Assembly: GCA_028826165.1 (NCBI GenBank)
Contig: JAPDFW010000061.1
Coordinates: 372,001 to 436,000 of the forward strand
From: Anaeramoeba ignava BMAN
Lineage: Eukaryota; Protista; Anaeramoebae
Length of the DNA stretch: 64,000 nucleotides
Direction of reading: 5' to 3'
Position numbers and translations under genes: made by a program. Of this stretch, positions 59,301 to 64,000 are shown piece after piece. Position 1 is the first letter of the stretch; each line of letters begins with the position of its first letter. Under the pieces are notes generated by a model, which had not been told where the DNA came from, ran no database searches, and worked only from the letters and a program-made list of their open reading frames with translations.

Positions 59301-60514
59301 CAATTTATAAAGAAAATAATGTTGAAATTGATCGGAAAGCAGAACTTCCAAGTAATGTTTTAATTGGATCGCAAACCTCCATTCAACAAAACTCGCGAAT
59401 AATTAATTCAGTAATTGGAAGAAATTGCAAAATTGGAAAATTTGTTGATATCAAAAACTCCATTTTATGGAATGGTGTTGAAATTGGTGATAATTGCGTG
59501 ATCAACAACTCTCTCATTTGCCAAAATGCATTGATTGAATCAAAATCAAAAATTATCAACTGTTTGATTTCTTCAGATGTTAAAATTGATCGTGGAATCA
59601 ATCTTTCAAATGAAAGAATCACAACAATTCAAGACATCAAGCCTTATATTCAGGATTTAAAAGAAAAAATGTTTGATTTCGAACAACAATATGGAGGAGA
59701 AATTCGTCTTGAAATTCGGGACAAAAAGAACCAAATTGTTGGATTGAATGGATATGGAAATCGGTTCATTTTTCCCGAAAAGAAACAAACCAATCTCACA
59801 AAACAAGAAAATCAAGAAATAAACCAGCAAGCCAATTTAGAATTGCAACCCGAAGTTAAATTCCGACAAGAAATTCAGAATATTATTAGTTTGCTGAATC
59901 AAGACTCACTTCCTCAAAATATTTTGGTTGATGTTTTATCACTTAAACTTGCATACAACAGAACAGATACTGCAAAAACTGTGTTTTATATGATCTTAGA
60001 AAGAGCAATGAAAGTTAGTGATTCTGATCTTAAAGTATTTCTGCAAGAAGCTGAATCAAGTTTCGAAAAATGGGAAAAACCAACTTATAATAATTTGAAT
60101 TTTTGGCAGCAATTTTGTTCAACAAATGAAAATCAACTTGATATTATTTATTCTATTGAATATTTTTTGATTGCTAATCCTCAATTTTCAAATGTTTTTG
60201 TTCATCTTTTAAAAATGATTTATGACCAAGAAATTGTGGAAGAAAATGTTATTTTGCAATGGTTTGAATCAGAAATTGATCAACAAGAAGAAGAAAAAGA
60301 GAAATTTCAAGAATTTAAGAAACAATCAGAAGTTTTTATTAATTGGCTTAAAGAAGCACTTGAAGAAAGCGAATCAGATGAAGATGATGAAGATGAATCA
60401 AATGAATCAAATGAATCAAATGAAAATGAAAATGAAAATGATAATGAAAATGAAAATGAAAATGATAATGAAAATGAAAATGAAAATGAAAATGAAAATG
60501 ATGAAAAAAAATGA
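56320..60514 (+). CDS. EIF2B5: Translation initiation factor eIF2B epsilon subunit (GCD6)
   Basis: LQAIIFAGDFQPKFSPISIEKP, LGDVL, DFVLVSGNTISN, RWCYPIVP, a hexapeptide left-handed beta-helix (NSVIGRNCKIG) and a W2 domain (YDQEIVEENVILQW...FINWLKEALEES). Three introns, the largest 57260-58881. The true stop may be 60584 if the A-run at ~60503-60511 is miscalled. Confidence 0.92.
57300..58870 (+). repeat. 1.6-kb intron filled with a 12-bp TTATATTAAA(A/T)A satellite
   Basis: Tandem repeat between donor GTGATT (57260) and acceptor TTTAG (58881). Confidence 0.9.
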
Positions 60515-60739
60515 AAATGAAAATGAAAATGAAAATGAAAATGAAAATGAAAATGATAATGAAAATGATGAAAACAAAGATTAACTTTTTTTTCAAATTT
60601 AAATCAAATAGAATAATTTTCTAAAAATTATCTTTTTCTAAATTTTTATTTGAAAATTATTTGAAAATTATTTTTAAAAAATTTTTTAAAAAAACTTGAA
60701 AGGAAGGAAAAGAAAAGAAAAGAAAAAAAATGATTAAAA

Positions 60740-61381
60740 TTAATTTTTTGAAGCATCTGAACATCTAATAACTTGATTCATATAAGGAATCGAATCAAAT
60801 TTAGAAATAGCCTTTAACATGACATCACGTGAAATATAAGAAATAAAACCAAAACCACGAGTAACACCTTGAAAATCTCTTGGAAGATGAACTTTAATAA
60901 TATCACTAGTATCACCAGTAGTTGAAAACATTTGTTTTGCAAAAACAGGAAGAAATCCTTTGGGTAATCCACTCACTTTCATTGTTTGTTCGCGATAATC
61001 ATCTCTTGAATTTCTTGCATTCATATTTTCTTGCTCTTTTTTTTGAGCCAAAAAAGAACTTTCCCATTTTTTACTTTTTTCTTCTTCTTTCCATTGTTTC
61101 ATTAAACTAAGTGATTCTTGATCGATTTTTTCTGAAAATATTTTGCTTACTTTATATGCTCCTTCTATTAATGGTGTCTCTGTTTTTGTTTCTTCTTTTT
61201 TTACTGCTAAATTTATTATTGCTTCTTCATAATTTCCTTTTCCTTTATCATTATTTTTATCAATATTAAATTTTTTCCATTTGTGTTTGTTTTCTTTTTG
61301 ATTTTCATTTTCATTTTCTTTTTCAATTTCTTTTTCTTTTTCAATTTCTTTTTCTTTTATTTCTTTTTTTATTGTTGTCAT
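60740..61381 (-). CDS. EIF3G: eIF3 subunit G-like RRM protein (divergent)
   Basis: N-terminal WKKF motif and a C-terminal RRM (TMKVSGL...KVHLPRDFQGVTRGFGFISY...A) that ends at the C-terminus, as in eIF3g. No zinc knuckle visible. Confidence 0.55.
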   Translation of the reverse strand: MTTIKKEIKEKEIEKEKEIEKENENENQKENKHKWKKFNIDKNNDKGKGNYEEAIINLAVKKEETKTETPLIEGAYKVSKIFSEKIDQESLSLMKQWKEEEKSKKWESSFLAQKKEQENMNARNSRDDYREQTMKVSGLPKGFLPVFAKQMFSTTGDTSDIIKVHLPRDFQGVTRGFGFISYISRDVMLKAISKFDSIPYMNQVIRCSDASKN

Positions 61382-61508
61382 TTTTTTTATTTATTTTTTA
61401 AAAAAAAAATTTTTTTTAATATAAAAAAGGAAAAAAATGAAAAAAAAAAAATTAAAAAAAAAAATTTAAATTTTCATTTTTTTTTTGTTTTTCAAATAAA
61501 AAGATAAA

Positions 61509-62607
61509 ATGAATATTTGGCAAATTATTGAAGAAAATAAATTTGAACACTTAAAACAAATTGAAACTATTCCACAATAAGATTTAATAAAAGAAAACAA
61601 ACCAATTTTACATTTTACACTTGAAAAACAAGTTACAAAAGAATTAATTGAAATTTTAATTGAAAAAGGAATTAATATTAATTCAAAAACAAAAACGAAA
61701 CAGCTTTACATATTGTTTGCAAAAATAAAAATCCATCATTTGAAATTATCCAATATCTTATTGAAAAAGGAATTAATATTAATTCAAAAACAAAATATAA
61801 TAAAACATCTTTACATTATGCTTGCAAAAATGAAAATTCATCATTTGAAATTATCCAATATCTTATTGAAAAAGGAATTAATATTAATTCAAAAACAAAA
61901 TATAATAAAACATCTTTACATATGCTTGTGAAAATGAAAATTTATCATTTCAAATTATTAAATATCTTATTGAAAAAGGAATTGATATTAATTCAAAAAC
62001 AAAATATAATAAAACATCTTTACATATTGTTTGTGAAAATGAAAATTTATCATTCCAAATTATCCAATATCTTATTGAAAAAGGAATTAATATTAATTCA
62101 AAAACAAAATATAATAAAACATCTTTATATTATGTTTGCCAAAATGAAAATTTATCATTTCAAATTATCCAATATCTTATTTAAAAAGGAATTGATATTA
62201 ATTCAAAAACAAAATATAATAAAATAGCTTTACATTATGCTTGTGAAAATACAAATTTATCATTTCAAATTATTAAATGTCTTATTGAAAAAGGAATTGA
62301 TATTAATTCAAAAACAAAATATAATAAAACTGATTTACATATTGTTTGTGAAAATAAAAATCCATCATTCCAAATTATTAAATATCTTATTGAAAAAGGA
62401 ATTAATATTAATTCAAAAACAAAATATAATGAAATAGCTTTACATTATGTTTGCCAAAATACAAATTTATCATTTGAAATTATTAAATGTCTTATTGAAA
62501 AAGAAACAAAAGAAATTACAAATCAAATGATTGAAGAATTTAAAGATTTAAAAGATTATTATCAATTAAATCAAAATTCAATAATTGATTTAATTTCAAA
62601 TGATTAA
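61509..62607 (+). pseudogene. Ankyrin-repeat gene (~8 x 105-bp repeats) with a premature stop, frameshifts and a deleted BTB region
   Basis: MNIWQIIEE...; TAA at ~61578; repeats TSLHYACENENLSFQIIKYLIEKGIDINSKTKYNK; indels at ~61695 and ~61920. Ends with EITNQMIEEFKDLKDYYQLNQNS, the tail of the double-BTB module. Confidence 0.75.
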
Positions 62608-62675
62608 AAAAGAAATTGGAATGAAATTTATTGAATTTTTTTTAAAGAAAAAAGAAAAAATTTTCAATAAATTCA

Positions 62676-64000
62676 TTAAATCATTTTCATATCTCTTTTT
62701 CTTTGACCAACACGAAAAGGAAGAGAAGAATTATAATTTAACTGATAAAAATCAACAAAATTTTCCAATTCAATTAATGTTTGTTGTGAAACATTTCGAG
62801 GGAGTTTATCTGTGTATAAATAATAAATGAAATCTTTCATTGTTTCAGGAGAAATTCCGCTAAAATCTTTGACAGTATTTTCATTTGAAATGCAAAGAAA
62901 CATTGAACGATATAAATCGCATCGAAGTAATAATATCAATTTATGAACTTTGATTGATTCATCTTGAACAAGCAAAAAAAAGTCTTTTGATTGTTCATCT
63001 TTGTATAACTGATAAAATGATTCAATCACTTTTTCTGGTTGTGACATTTTTGCGAAATTTAGTTTTAATTCTTGAGCCACTATTTTCGCAAGTTCAGTGT
63101 CTTTTTGTGTTTTATTTTTGCCAGTGTAAATCCAATAAAGAAAAATATTTGCAACTTCGAAATTTTTCTTATATAATAATTCAAGACAATCATTATATTT
63201 TTCTTCCAATCTTGTTTTTAAAATTAATGAATGAACATGAATATCTGCATCTATTGTTCTGATAATTAAGTCTGTTTCCTCTTTTCTTTTGTATAAAACA
63301 CGTAAATCGTCTATAAAACTGATATCAAAATTAAGCAAATCTTTTACATCCTTGTCTTTTGTTAATTCTTCAGGGAAGCGTCTCTAAAATTATTATTTTC
63401 AAAAATCAATATTAAAAATATTCTTTTCAAAAATCAATATATTTTACACTCTAAATAATCAATTTTATTGAATTTTCTTTTTATAAGCAAATCATAAATT
63501 CATTATAAATTCATTTACATATTTAATTTTTGGATTCGCTCCTTCTGATAATAATAAATTAATTTTATATAAATCATCACAATTAGACAACAATATTAAA
63601 TGCAATGGAGTTTTTCCCTGTTTATTTTTATAAATTAAAAAGAAAATTCTTTTCAAGAATAATTCAAAATCAAATTTACAGATGACTAGAAAAAAATATT
63701 TTAAAATTTTTAATTTTAATTTTAATTTTTAATTTTTATTTATTCTTACATCTTTTTGGTTAATATATTTAGCAGTTCCTCTATTCAAAAGTAGTCTTAA
63801 AATCTCAAATGAAGAATTATTTTCACATGCTAAATGCAATAGAGTTGATTGCTAAATTCAATAAAACAAAAATATAAATATAAATATAAATATAAATATT
63901 TTAAAATTGATTTTCAAATATTATTTACTTGTTGAGTTTCAATATTTGCTCCTGAATTTATTAAAAGTTTAACACTATCATACTCAGCTTTATTCATAAT
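62676..64000 (-). CDS. Ankyrin-repeat + tandem BTB protein, 3' part (multi-exon, with micro-exons)
   Basis: Exons give VKLLINSGANIE, STLLHLACEN, GKTPLHL and EGANPKIK, then ETDLII...IHVHSLILKTR and KDFFL...VHKLILLLRCDLYRSMF...YLYTDK...DFYQLN. Confidence 0.85.

Noticed and set aside
61578-61580. In-frame TAA as evidence of stop-codon reassignment (given a tRNA-Gln nearby)
   Set aside because: The tRNA anticodon is the ordinary CTG, TAA terminates most genes here, and the same gene has other disabling lesions.

Overview
Very AT-rich, intron-containing eukaryotic (protist) DNA read with the standard genetic code. The NQ/NE hexamer tracts and the expansions of RCC1-BTB, ankyrin-BTB and BTB-TLDc genes resemble Anaeramoeba-like metamonads; this is an inference, not a verified identification. 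Housekeeping genes: CPSF6/CFIm68-like, a two-box HMG protein, tRNA-Gln(CTG), proteasome Rpn6, UBE2J1, ribophorin II, a bromodomain-ET protein, eIF2B-epsilon and an eIF3g-like protein. Also present are a PAS protein, a giant Cys-rich multi-pass receptor-like protein and many locus-specific satellites, most of them inside introns. Main points of interest: (1) six tandem intronless RCC1-propeller + double-BTB genes, plus a seventh partial copy, whose loop tips are hypervariable and shuffled as a mosaic on a near-invariant BTB chassis that ankyrin proteins also use, suggesting a diversifying Cullin3-adaptor repertoire; (2) eight ~320-bp tandem units each ending in the first 20 nt of tRNA-Gln, with only the last unit completing the tRNA; (3) 6-nt and 3-nt micro-exons in an ankyrin-BTB gene; (4) A-rich and AAG splice acceptors. 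Several single-base frameshifts in homopolymers, including in Rpn6, point to residual long-read errors. Exon boundaries were derived by eye.
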